19,829 bases of DNA from Octopus sinensis. Its lineage: Eukaryota. The notes below the pieces were generated by a model, which saw only the letters and a list, made by a program, of their open reading frames with translations, had not been told where the DNA came from and searched no databases. The stretch lies in the NCBI RefSeq assembly GCF_006345805.1, contig NW_021824294.1, positions 1 to 19,829 of the forward strand, read 5' to 3'. Below are positions 9,031-18,746 of the stretch, piece by piece (position 1 is the first letter of the stretch; each line of letters starts with the position of its first letter). The position numbers and the translations under genes were made by a program.

Positions 9031-9203
9031 CACCCACTACACTCTCGGAGTGGTTGGCGTTAGGAAGGGCATCCAGCTGTAGAAACACTGCCAGATCTGA
9101 CTGGCCTGGTGCAGCCTTCGGGCTCCCCAGACCCCAGTTGAACCGTCCAACCCATGCTAGCATGGAAAACGGACGCTAAATGATGATGATGATGATGATG
9201 ATG

Positions 9204-9260
<57 letters not shown>

Positions 9261-9300
9261 GAATATAAATATATACATATATATATATTTATATATATAT

Positions 9301-9694
9301 AGGCGCAGGAGTGCTGTGTGGTAAGTAGCTTGTTTACCAACCACATGGTTCCGGTTTCAGTCCCACTGTGTGGCACCTTGGGCAAGTGTCTTCTACTATA
9401 GCCTCGGGCCGACCAAAGCCTTGTGAGTGGATTTGGTTGACGGAAACTGAAAGAAGCCCGTCGTATATATGTATATATATATGCGTGTGTATGTTTGTGT
9501 GTCTGTGTTTGTCCCCCTAGCATTGCTTGACAACCGATGCTGGTGTGTTTATGTCCCCGTTACTTAGCGTTACTTAGATAGAATAAGTACTGGGCTTACA
9601 AAAGAATAAGTCCCGGGGTCGAGTTGCTCGATCAAAGGCGGTGCTCCAGCATGGCCACAGTCAAATGACTGAAACAAATAAAAGAGTAAACGAG
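9301..9694 (+). mobile_element. tRNA-derived SINE family A, full length, with a CORE-like CCTTGGGCAAG motif
   Basis: Head AGGCGCAGGAGTGCTGTGTGGTAAG, B-box-like GGTTCCGGTTTCAGTCCC, GGCACCTTGGGCAAGTGTCTT, central TA/TG microsatellite, terminal CAGTCAAATGACTG hairpin, (AAAAGAGT)-like tail. Several other copies occur in the window. Confidence 0.9.
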
Positions 9695-9717
9695 TATATA
9701 TATATACATATATGTAT

Positions 9718-9840
9718 GCGATGGGCTTCTTTCAGTTTCCATCTACCAAATCCACTCACAAAGCCTTGCTCAGCCTGAGGTTATAGTAGAAGACACTTGC
9801 CCAAGGTGCCATGCAGTGGGACTGAACCCATGACATATAT
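9718..9840 (-). mobile_element. SINE family A, 5' half (partner of 5240-5462)
   Basis: GATGGGCTTCTTTCAGTTTCCATCTACCAAATCCACTCAC...CCCAAGGTGCC...GGACTGAACCC is the segment that follows the central microsatellite in the intact minus copy (cf. 18420-18530). Confidence 0.85.
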
Positions 9841-10095
9841 AAAGGGGGGAGGGGCACAGAGAGAGAGCAGCACACACACCCCTACACAAACTATAATTAA
9901 CCAGGCAGTTGACAAAACGAATGATTGTAAAACAAGTCATGAATATGTTGCACTCAATCCCTGGTGCTGTCAATATCCCTAATCTCGGAAACAATTGATT
10001 TCTATTTATAAACCAAACAAGAAGGAATTTACTTGTCTGAAGAGAGAAAATTATAGTCTGTCAGTCGATGGTGTCAGCTGTTACACCTGCCTACA

Positions 10096-10531
10096 GGTGG
10101 TGGTGGTGGTGGTGGTGGTGGTAGCAGTGGTATTGCAGGTGATGGTGGTGGCAGTTGTGGTGATGGTGGTGGTATTGCTGGCAGTTGAGGTGGTGGTGGT
10201 GGTGGTGATGGTGGTGGTAGTTGAGGTGGTGGTGGTGGTGGTAGTGGTGATGGTGATGTTATTGTTGGTGGTGCTGGTTCAATGGCTTTGGTGGTGGTGG
10301 TGGTGGCGGTGATGGTGTTGGTGGTGGTTATGGTGATGGTTATGGTAGTGGCAGTTGAGGTGGTGGTAGTGGTGGCAGTGGTGATGGTGATGGTGATGGT
10401 AGTGGCAGTTGAGGTGGTGGTGGTGGTAGTGGTGATGGTGATATTATTGTTGGTGGTGCTGGTTCAATGGCTGTGGTGGTGGTGGTGATGGTGGTGGTAA
10501 TTGTTTTGGTGGTGGTGGTGATGGTGGTGGT
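10096..10531. repeat. Degenerate (GGT)n microsatellite
   Basis: GGT-rich. The block TTATTGTTGGTGGTGCTGGTTCAATGGCT occurs twice (~10259 and ~10444). Confidence 0.95.
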
Positions 10532-10549
10532 ACACGTAACCATGTAATC

Positions 10550-10782
10550 ACATGATCAACCAGACTCTTTCAGATGTTGTTATACATCACTGAACACAAT
10601 GCGCTTTGCATCGTTTTAGGTTTTCGAGTGATGCCACTCCAACTGGCGTCGGTGAGCAGACCAACGTTTCCTCCCTGATCGGGAAGCTAGTCTGTCTCGG
10701 GGTTAACCATTTGGAGCCGAGAGGACTGGAGCTATGTGAAATGAAGTACCTTGCTAAAGAACACAAGCTTCCGCCCGGCAGT
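10550..10782 (-). mobile_element. Probable degenerate SINE of a third family
   Basis: The minus strand has CTTTAGCAAGGTACTTCATTTCAC, resembling the CTTGRGCAAG core motif seen after SINE heads. Family assignment is from recall, not computed. Confidence 0.4.
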
Positions 10783-11690
10783 GTTTAACGTCTGCTCTCC
10801 ATGCTGGCATGGGTTGGACGGTTTGACATGGAGTTGGCGAGCAGGGGGGCTCTCCGGACTCAAACTGTCCCTTGTGGAATGGTTTCTATGGCTTGATGCC
10901 CTTCCTAATGCCAACCACTTTACAGGCTGTGCTGGGTGCTTTTATGTGTGGGACTGGCACGGGTGTTTTCATGTGCCACTGGCATGAGTGCTCCTCATGT
11001 GTCACTGGCACGAGTGCTCTTCATGTGCCACTGGCACAAGTGCTTTTCATGTGCCACTGATACGAGTGCTCCTCGTGTGCCACTAGCACAAGTGCTCTTC
11101 ATGTGGTTCTGCCATGGGTGCTCTTCATGTGCCACTGGCATGGGTGCTCTTCGTGTGCCACTGGTAGGGGTGCTCTTCATGTGCCACTGGCACAAGTTCT
11201 TATCATGTGCCACTGGCATGAGTGCTCTTCATGTGCCACTGGCACAAGTTCTTATCATGTGCCACTGGCATGAGTGCTCTTCATGTGCCACTGGCACGAG
11301 GTATTTTCATGTGTCACTGGCACAAGTGCTCTTCATGCGTCACTAGTACGAGTGCTCCTCATGTGCCACTAGCACAAGTGCTCTTCATGTGGTTCTGCCA
11401 TGAGTGCTCCTCATGTGCCGCTGGCACGGGTGCTTTCTAAGTTGCACTGGCACCTGAAAGAAGCGATTTTACTTAGCTTGGTGTGTCCTATCAAGCACAG
11501 CAAATCCCCACATCTCTTGGACCCTTGTGATATCCTCAAAGAGGCCCAACATCGAAGATCCTTTCTCAACGCTTCGTCCCGCATCTTCCTGCAACACCCT
11601 GACCCCTGGGCCACTCCCTTTCACAGGACTTTCACAGTAAAGACAGTATTGGCTGTAGTAAGGAAGGTCTTCACTTGTAGCTGCTAGTCA
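10783..11690 (-). mobile_element. Diverged RTE LINE 3' fragment: ORF C-terminus, 26-bp array and terminal domain
   Basis: The minus strand reads ...LRKDL/MLGLFEDITRVQEMWGFAVLDRTHQAK* (stop at 11469-11471), aligning by eye with DLRTLGLTKEMSRDRDLWKYAVHEKTRQD*. The terminal domain at 10783-10935 is homologous to 9030-9180. Confidence 0.8.
10935..11437. repeat. 26-bp minisatellite (~19 units)
   Basis: Unit ~AGTGCTCTTCATGTGCCACTGGCACA, with starts such as 11233, 11259 and 11285. The variant GTGGTTCTGCCATG recurs at 11103 and 11389 (286 bp = 11 units). Confidence 0.95.
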
Positions 11691-11931
11691 TAATTGTCAT
11701 GGTGGTAGTATCATCTGTGGTGGTCATAATACACTACAGTAGCAGCGGTAGCTTTGGGGGTGGTGAGGTGGTGGTGTTGATGGAGGTAGCGGTCAAGGTG
11801 ATGCTGTTGTCAGCCGTGGTGTATGTGCTGGAGTTTGTTGTAGTGATGATGTTGCTGGTGATAGCTTTTGCCATGGTAATGGTGGCCGGCAGGAGTGAGA
11901 GCTGCAGTGATGGTAGTAGTATCAGTAGTGT

Positions 11932-11958
11932 TATGTATGTATGTATGGACGTGCTTGT

Positions 11959-11995
<37 letters not shown>

Positions 11996-12166
11996 TGTGT
12001 GTGTAAGTGTGTGTGTGTGTATGTATGTGTGTTTATGTGTATGTGTGTGAGTGTGTGTGTACGTGCTTGTGTGTAAGTGTGTGTGTATGTGTGTGTGTGT
12101 GAGTGAGTGTTTGTGTGTGTGAGTGTGTGTATATGTGTGTGTGTGAGTGTGTGTATATGCTTGTGT

Positions 12167-12213
<47 letters not shown>

Positions 12214-12420
12214 TGTGTGTTTGTGTGTGTGTGTATGTCTGTGTGTGTGTGTGAGTGTGTGTATATGCTTGTGTGTGAGTGTGTGTGTGTGTGTGTATAT
12301 GTGTGTATGTGAGTGTGTGTTTGTGAGTGTGTGTATGTCTGTGTGTGTGAGTGTGTGTATGTATGTGTGTGTGTACGTGCTTGTGTATATGTGTGAGTGT
12401 GTGTGTGTGTTTGTGTGTGA
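11932..12420. repeat. (GT)n microsatellite with GA/AT interruptions
   Basis: Read directly. Confidence 0.97.
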
Positions 12421-12659
12421 AGTGATGTAATGCAGTTACCGCAGTCGCATCACTCTCCTCCCACTGACCTCTCGGCTACTTGGTCAATAATAATGGTCAA
12501 GCAAAGCTGATTTAATACACATGTAAAATCTGTGTGTACGCGTGTGTGTGTACATGTGTGTGTGTATGTATATGTCTGTGTGTGTGTGTATTGTATGTAT
12601 GAATACAGACATAGGTATGTACATGTATGAGTGTAACATTAATAGACAGAAATATACAT

Positions 12660-12948
12660 ATTTGGTAGACGGAAACTGAAAGAAGCCTGTCGTATATATG
12701 TATATATATATAAGTGTGTGTGTGTGTGTTTGTATGTGTCTGTGTTTGTTCCCCTAGCATTGCTTGACAACCGATGCTGGTGTGTTTACGTCCCCGTCAC
12801 TTAGCGGTTCGGCAAAAGAGACCGATAGAATAAGTACTGGGCTTACAAAGAATAAGTCCCGGGGTCGATTTGCACGACCAAAGGCGGTGCTCCAGCATGG
12901 CCGCAGTCAAATGACTGAAACAAGTAAAAGAGTAAAAAGAGTAAAGAG
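12660..12948 (+). mobile_element. SINE family A, 5'-truncated
   Basis: ATTTGGTAGACGGAAACTGAAAGAAGCC through CAGTCAAATGACTGAAACAAGTAAAAGAG matches 9430-9694. Confidence 0.9.
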
Positions 12949-13000
12949 TATATATAAGTGTGTGTGTATGTGTGTGTGTGTATGAATATGTGTGTAACAT

Positions 13001-13007
13001 GTCGTCG

Positions 13008-13038
<31 letters not shown>

Positions 13039-14580
13039 TTAATGTCTGCGCTCCATGCTGGCATGGGTTGGATGGTTTGACCATAAGGCAGCGAGCTGGC
13101 AGAAACGTTAGCACGCCGGGCAAAATGCGTAGCTGTATTTTGTCTGCCGTTACGTTCTGAGCTCAAATTCCGCCGAGGTCGACTTTGCCTTTCATCCTTT
13201 CGAGGTCGATAAATTAAGTACCAGTTACACACTGGGGTCGATGTAATCGACTTAATCCTTTTGTCTCTCCTTGTTTGTCCCCTCTATGTTTAGACCCCTG
13301 TGGGTTGTAAAGAAATAGGTATTTCGTCTGCCGCTAGGTTCTGAGTTCAAATTCTGCCGAGGTCGACTTTGCCTTTCATCCTTTCGGGGTCGATTAAATA
13401 AGTACCAGTTACGCCTTTGGGTCGATGTAATCGACTTAATCCTTTTGTCTCTCCTTGTTTGTCCCCTCTATGTTTAGACCCCTGTGGGTTGTAAAGAAAT
13501 AGGTATTTCGTCTGCCGCTAGGTTCTGAGCTCAAATTCCGCCGAGGTCGACTTTGCCTTTCATCCTTTCGAGGTCGATAAATTAAGTACCAGTTACACAC
13601 TGGGGTCGATGTAATCGACTTAATCCTTTTGTCTCTCCTTGTTTGTCCCCTCTATGTTTAGCCCCCTGTGGGTTGTAAAGAAATAGGTATTTCGTCTGCC
13701 GCTAGGTTCTGAGTTCAAATTCTGCCGAGGTCGACTTTGCCTTTCGTCCTTTCTGGGTCGATAAATTAAGTACCAGTTACGCACTTGGGTCGATGTAATC
13801 GACTTAATCCTTTTGTCTCTCCTTGTTTGTCCCCTCTATGTTTAGCCCCCTGTGGGTTGTAAAGAAATAGGTATTTCGTCTGCCGCTACGTTCTGAGTTC
13901 AAATTTCGCCGAGGTCAACTTTGCCTTTCGTCCTTTCTGGGTCGATAAATTAAGTACCAGTTACGCACTTGGGTCGATGTAATCGACTTAATCCTTTTGT
14001 CTCTCCTTGTTTGTCCCCTCTATGTTTAGCCCCCTGTGGGTTGTAAAGAAATAGGTATTTCGTCTGCCGCTACGTTCTGAGTTCAAATTTCGCCGAGGTC
14101 AACTTTGCCTTTCGTCCTTTCTGGGTCGATAAATTAAGTACCAGTTACGCACTTGGGTCGATGTAATCGACTTAATCCTTTTGTCTCTCCTTGTTTGTCC
14201 CCTCTATGTTTAGCCCCCTGTGGGTTGTAAAGAAATAGGTATTTCGTCTGCCGCTACGTTCTGAGTTCAAATTTCGCCGAGGTCAACTTTGCCTTTCATC
14301 CTTTCGGGGTCGATTAAATAAGTACCAGTTACGCACTTGGGTCGATGTAATCGACTTAATCCGTTTGTCTGTCCTTGTTTGTCCCCTCTGTGTTTAGCCC
14401 CTTGTAGGTAGTAAAGAAATAGGTTTGACCAGGGCTGGTAAGCTGTGGGGCTGAACCACACTGTCAGTCTGATATGGCATAGTTTCTAGAGCTGGATGCC
14501 CTTCCTAACACCAACCGCTCTGAGGGTGTAATGGGTGCTTTTATGTGCCACCAACATGGGTGTCATGTGCATGACACCAG
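13001..14580 (-). mobile_element. RTE 3'-end fragment split by the SINE B array (13001-13083 plus 14422-14580)
   Basis: (CAT)n tail, TTTAATGTC...CCATGCTGGCATGGGTTGGATGGTTTGACCA, resuming after the array with GCTGGATGCCCTTCCTAACACCAACC...GGGTGCTTTTATGTGCCACC. Confidence 0.85.
13084..14422 (+). mobile_element. SINE family B with its body amplified to 7 x 184 bp, flanked by the 10-bp TSD GGTTTGACCA
   Basis: Unit starts at 13135, 13319, 13503, 13687, 13871, 14055 and 14239. TSD at 13074-13083 and 14422-14431. Confidence 0.95.
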
Positions 14581-15053
14581 TAACTTCCATGAATATAATT
14601 ACACTTGACTTGATGAGTCTTCTCATGCACGGCATTATATATATATATATGTATACCCCACACACACATATATACATACACTATAAAAAATATGTAAAGT
14701 ACATGTAGTATTACCCATTATAATACATATATATATATATATATATATATATGTATACATACATTTATCATATATACATACATAGATATAGAAATATATA
14801 TATACATATATGTATATATAAATATATATATATATAACTTATGTACTATAGACGAAGCCTAGAGAAACATGCAAGTACCTCAATTTCATCTACTAATTAC
14901 TTCAGTCCACTGGAGGGATAAAGGTAGAATGTGGTATTTTTGCCTCTTGGCTGAAACAGCTGTAACATATTTCCCCAATTTATAATCCTGTGTGTTATAT
15001 TTTAATAATTACTGGTATCTTTGTATATTAATATATTTTATATGTAAAGCATA

Positions 15054-15295
15054 ATATTGTATTTCGGAATGGTCATTTTGCCAGTTTAGCCAATAAAAAC
15101 ACACGCACTATATATTTGGTGTTATTTTGCTTCAGTGTTATTTATTTTTTACATTAATCTTAATCTTATTTCGGCCAGAGTTCTTTCGTCACACTCCTGT
15201 GACCGCATCAGTGAAGCAAAGTAACACCAAATATATAGTGCGTGTGTTTTTATTGGCTAAACTGGCAAAAAGACCATTCCGAAATATAACAATAT
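15054..15295. repeat. ~85-bp near-perfect inverted repeat with a ~70-bp spacer (MITE-like, or inverted Penelope-like terminal repeat)
   Basis: Arms at 15054-15137 and 15209-15295, e.g. TTTCGGAATGGTC...GCCAGTTTAGCCAATAAAAACACACGCACTATATATTTGGTGTTA against its reverse complement. Confidence 0.92.
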
Positions 15296-15471
15296 CTGTT
15301 TCAACACACGACTTCACATAAAAAATCTTGCACAACAAATATATAAAAGTATATGTTATACATGTATGTATATTCTTGTAATTGTCATTTTAGTAAATAA
15401 ATAAATAAATTGACGTAATATAATGTATAAAAGTTGATAAACCACCTATTGATCCCCTCCATTTTGTTATT

Positions 15472-15554
<83 letters not shown>

Positions 15555-15556
15555 CA

Positions 15557-16933
15557 CATGAGGTAGAGTCAAAAAGTATCCAACATTGATTTTGTTTTCA
15601 CAAAATAATAATGTGTGAGCAAAATCCGCATGGGTATTATTCGCATAGCCATGTCCTTCCTGAGCATGTGCAAAAGATTTTCAGTAGGTTGCGTTAGTTG
15701 CCTGCAGTGATGCATTGAGTACAGACATTAAGAGTGTGCCGTGCAACTTTTCTTCTTGTGTCAAGATGGCTGAGCGCATTGAGCAAAAATACTGTATCAA
15801 ATTCTGCTGCAAACTTGGTGATGCGCAAGGCCAGACTACCGAGAAGATTCAGAAGGCTTTTGGAGATGATGCTATGGGCAAAACACAAATAAAGGAGTGG
15901 TACAGCCGGTTCAAAGATGGTTGCACCTAAGTGGACATTGATCCATATTGTGGCTGACCATTGACCAGCAGAAATGATGAAATGATTGTAAAGGTTTGAG
16001 GACCATCTATGAAGACTGTCTTGTGGCTATTGAGGAGATTGTTGCCAAAGTTGGAATCAGCCAAGGGTCAGTTCAGTCATTTCATTCCGCCCATGTCATC
16101 CAAGCATTACTCGTCAAGTAAAACACACCACTTGTTTGTCCAGCTCCCTACCCCAGACTTGGCTCTATGTGACTTTTGGGTATTCTCAAAGCTCAAAAAC
16201 CACTCAAAGGGAGAAAATTTGAGTCAGCAGAGGACATTACACAAAATTCGACGGCACAGCTCTACACCATCCCAAAAAGTGATTCCCAGAAATGTTTCCA
16301 GCAGTGGCAGGAATGCTGGCAGAAGGGTATGGCCTGGTCAGCCTGTAATGATATGCATAAGACCTGGTCATCAAATCTAAGTAGAGACTTCAAACTTGAA
16401 ATCTTCAAAGCCACAGTCGAACCAATTCTACTATATGGCTCAGAAACCTGGATGTTATCAAAGAAGCTTGAGAGGCGGTTGGATGGAACTTACACTCGCC
16501 TCCTTATGAGAGCTCAAAATCTCTCGTGGAAGCGTCATCCAACCAAAGTACAAATATATGGGAAACTACCACCTGTATCATCTCTTGTGAAAGGTAGAAG
16601 AGTCCAGTTTGCCGGACATTGTTGTAGAGCTGAAAACGAGGTAATTTCTACTCTTCTTCTCTGGAAGCCATCTACTCGAATTCCAGAGGGCGTACACTCT
16701 CCTACCCTGATGTAATCTCCAGGGATACAGGCATCCAGCAACAGGACCTCCGTAATGCCATGATGGACCGTGAAGTCTGGCGTAGCATGGTAAATTCCAT
16801 TGTCTCGACCACGGTCGAACAATGATGATGATGATGGCAGAAGTGTGTAGACTCCCAAGGCGAATACTTTGAAGGAGAATAAATCAAATGGTGAGTTTTT
16901 TTTATATTACTTGCTGTTTGTCTACACCTTGTA
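15557..16933 (+). mobile_element. Mariner transposon, internally deleted and interrupted by a LINE fragment
   Basis: ATG at 15766: MAERIEQKYCIKFC...IKEWYSRFKDG. Junction near 16080. PDLALCDFW at 16153-16179, KPLKGRKFES, and after the insertion QKCVDSQGEYFEGE* (stop at 16880-16882). Degenerate TIRs at 15557-15573 and 16917-16933. Confidence 0.88.
16329..16834 (+). mobile_element. 5'-truncated RTE-group LINE (RTEX-like) with (ATG)n tail and a 12-bp TSD
   Basis: ILLYGSETW, RRVQFAGHCCR, LLLWKP, frameshift, then RGRTLSYPDVISRDTG...DREVWRSMV, and tail at 16822-16836. TSD TGGCAGAAG(G/T)GT at 16317-16328 and 16835-16846. The RTEX assignment is by recalled motif style. Confidence 0.85.
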
Positions 16934-16950
16934 TATATATTTGTGTGTGT

Positions 16951-16987
<37 letters not shown>

Positions 16988-17001
16988 GGTATGTATATAT
17001 A

Positions 17002-17273
17002 CCTTGACAGGCTCCTAGGCCGGTAGCACGTAAAAATCACCATCCTAACATGACCAATGCCAGTGCCACCTGACTGGCTCTCATGCCGGTAGCTTGTAAA
17101 AAGCACCCACTACATTCATGGGGTGGTTGGTGTTAGGAAGGGCAATTCAGCTGTAGCAACACTGTCAGATCAGATTGGAGCCTGGTGTGGTCTCCTGGCT
17201 TGCCAGTCCTCAGTCAAACTGTCCAACCCATGCCAGCATGGAAAACGGACGTTAAACGATGATGATGATGATG
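17002..17273 (+). mobile_element. RTE LINE 3'-end fragment
   Basis: AAAAAGCACCCACTAC...GTTAGGAAGGGC...CAACCCATGCCAGCATGGAAAACGGACGTTAAACGATGATG matches 9025-9204. Two CCGGTAGC subunits lie ~67 bp apart upstream. Confidence 0.88.
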
Positions 17274-17383
17274 TGGCACAATGGGCTGCTTTTATGCTTC
17301 AGAACATTTCACTGGTAATTCTTAGCTGGGTAGCTACAGCATATCCCTCAGTTTCCTGTTTGAAACCAAACCATGCCAGCTAA

Positions 17384-17690
17384 TCTTTGTATATAAAATT
17401 GAAGTTGTGTGTGTGAGACTCTGTCTCCTCCGATTTAGATTTCTAACTACTCCCACATTTTGCGGTGCAGTTTAACCAAAAGCGGGTATCTTATAGTCAT
17501 CATTCATATTGAGCCCTTCTGGGTATTAGCGCGCGTCTACCATGAGTCTACGATTTAAAAAAAAATTTACCATCAATTTTCCGCATTTTTAATGATTTTT
17601 GCTTGGGTTATATAAGGGAAGTAACTCTCTAAAAATGCTTATAAAGTTATTTCCCTTACAAACCCGAGCAACGCCGGGCGATACTGCTAG
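17384..17690 (+). mobile_element. Non-autonomous Helitron-like element
   Basis: 5' A|TC(TTTGTATATAAAA), 3' hairpin CCCG-A-GC-AAC-GC-CGGG at 17663-17678, then CTAG|T at 17687-17691. It sits between A and T with no TSD, as expected for Helitrons. Confidence 0.75.
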
Positions 17691-17771
17691 TGATGCATAA
17701 AGGTTCAATCTGCATCAGGATCCCTTTCCCTAATTAAATATTTGCAATTTTTTTTTTCTTTTATTCGTTAA

Positions 17772-18155
17772 TTTGTTTCAGTCATTTGACTGCGGCCATG
17801 CTGGAGCACCGCCTTTAGTCGAAGAAATTGACACCAGAACTTATTCCTTGTAAGCTTAGTACTTACTCTATCAGTCTCTTTTGGTGAACCGCTGTGTTAC
17901 GGGGATGTGTAAACACACCAACATCAGTTAGCAAGCGATGTTGGGGGGGGGGGCAAACACAGACACACAAACATACATACATACATACATACATACATGC
18001 ATGCATGCATATATACATATGGCTTCTTTAAGTTTCCATCTGCCAAATCCACTCACAAGGCATTGGTCGGCCCAAGGTGCCATGCAGTGGGACTGAACTC
18101 AGAATCATGTCGTTGGTAAACAAGCTACTTACCACACAGCCACTCCTGAGCCTAT
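17772..18155 (-). mobile_element. SINE family A, older copy
   Basis: Reverse complement of 9301-9694 with more mismatches and a small internal deletion. Confidence 0.9.
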
Positions 18156-18166
18156 ATTTTTATTAC

Positions 18167-18585
18167 TCTTTTACTCTTTACTCTTTTACTTGTTTCAGTC
18201 ATTTGACTGCGGCCATGCTGGAGCACCGCCTTTAAACGAGCAACTCGACCCCGCGACTTATTCTTTTTGAAAGCCCAGTACTTATTCTATCGGTCTCTTT
18301 TGCCGAACCGCTAAGTAACGGGGACATAAACACACCAGCATCGGTTGTCAAGCAATGCTAGGGGGACAACCACAGACACACAGACACACACACGCATATA
18401 TATATATATACATATATACGACGGGCTTCTTTCAGTTTCCGTCTACCAAATCCACTCACAAGGCATTGGTCGGCCCGGGGCTATAGCAGAAGACACTTGC
18501 CCAAGATGCCACGCAGTGGGACTGAACCCGCAACCGTGTGGTTGGTTAGCAAGCTACTTACCACACAGCCACTCCTACGCCTATA
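18167..18585 (-). mobile_element. SINE family A, full length and near consensus
   Basis: Complete from the (CTCTTTTA)n tail to CCACACAGCCACTCCTACGCCTAT. Probable TSD ATTTTT(T)ATTA at 18156-18166 and 18585-18594. Confidence 0.93.
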
Positions 18586-18746
18586 TTTTTATTATGTATT
18601 TTTATTATGTATTTTTATTATTTATTTTTATTATTTATTTTTATTATTTATTTTTATTATTATATTTTGCCCTTCTGCTGAGGACACGTTTTCTTAGGTT
18701 TCCCATTCATCTAGTTGCATTTCTTGAAGGTATATTTGTTTCAAAT

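Larger units (their letters stand above)
5499..9204 (+). mobile_element. RTE-clade LINE, 5'-truncated and internally deleted, with a ~1.7 kb repetitive 3'UTR and (ATG)n tail
   Basis: RT motifs, C-terminal RRLRWYGHV and GRGRPRKTW, stop at 7461-7463, (ATG)n tail at 9180-9204, TA microsatellite on both flanks. Confidence 0.95.

Noticed and set aside
10935-11437. Telomerase-like reiterative synthesis at the RT stall point as the origin of the 26-bp arrays
   Set aside because: Here the array is internal, with ORF sequence continuing beyond it, and the monomers show diverged higher-order blocks, which fits slippage and unequal exchange better.
16176-16715. Novel 179-aa transposase-RT fusion protein
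   Set aside because: The in-frame join is coincidental at a LINE insertion site. The TSD and the resumed mariner C-terminus at 16835-16882 explain it.
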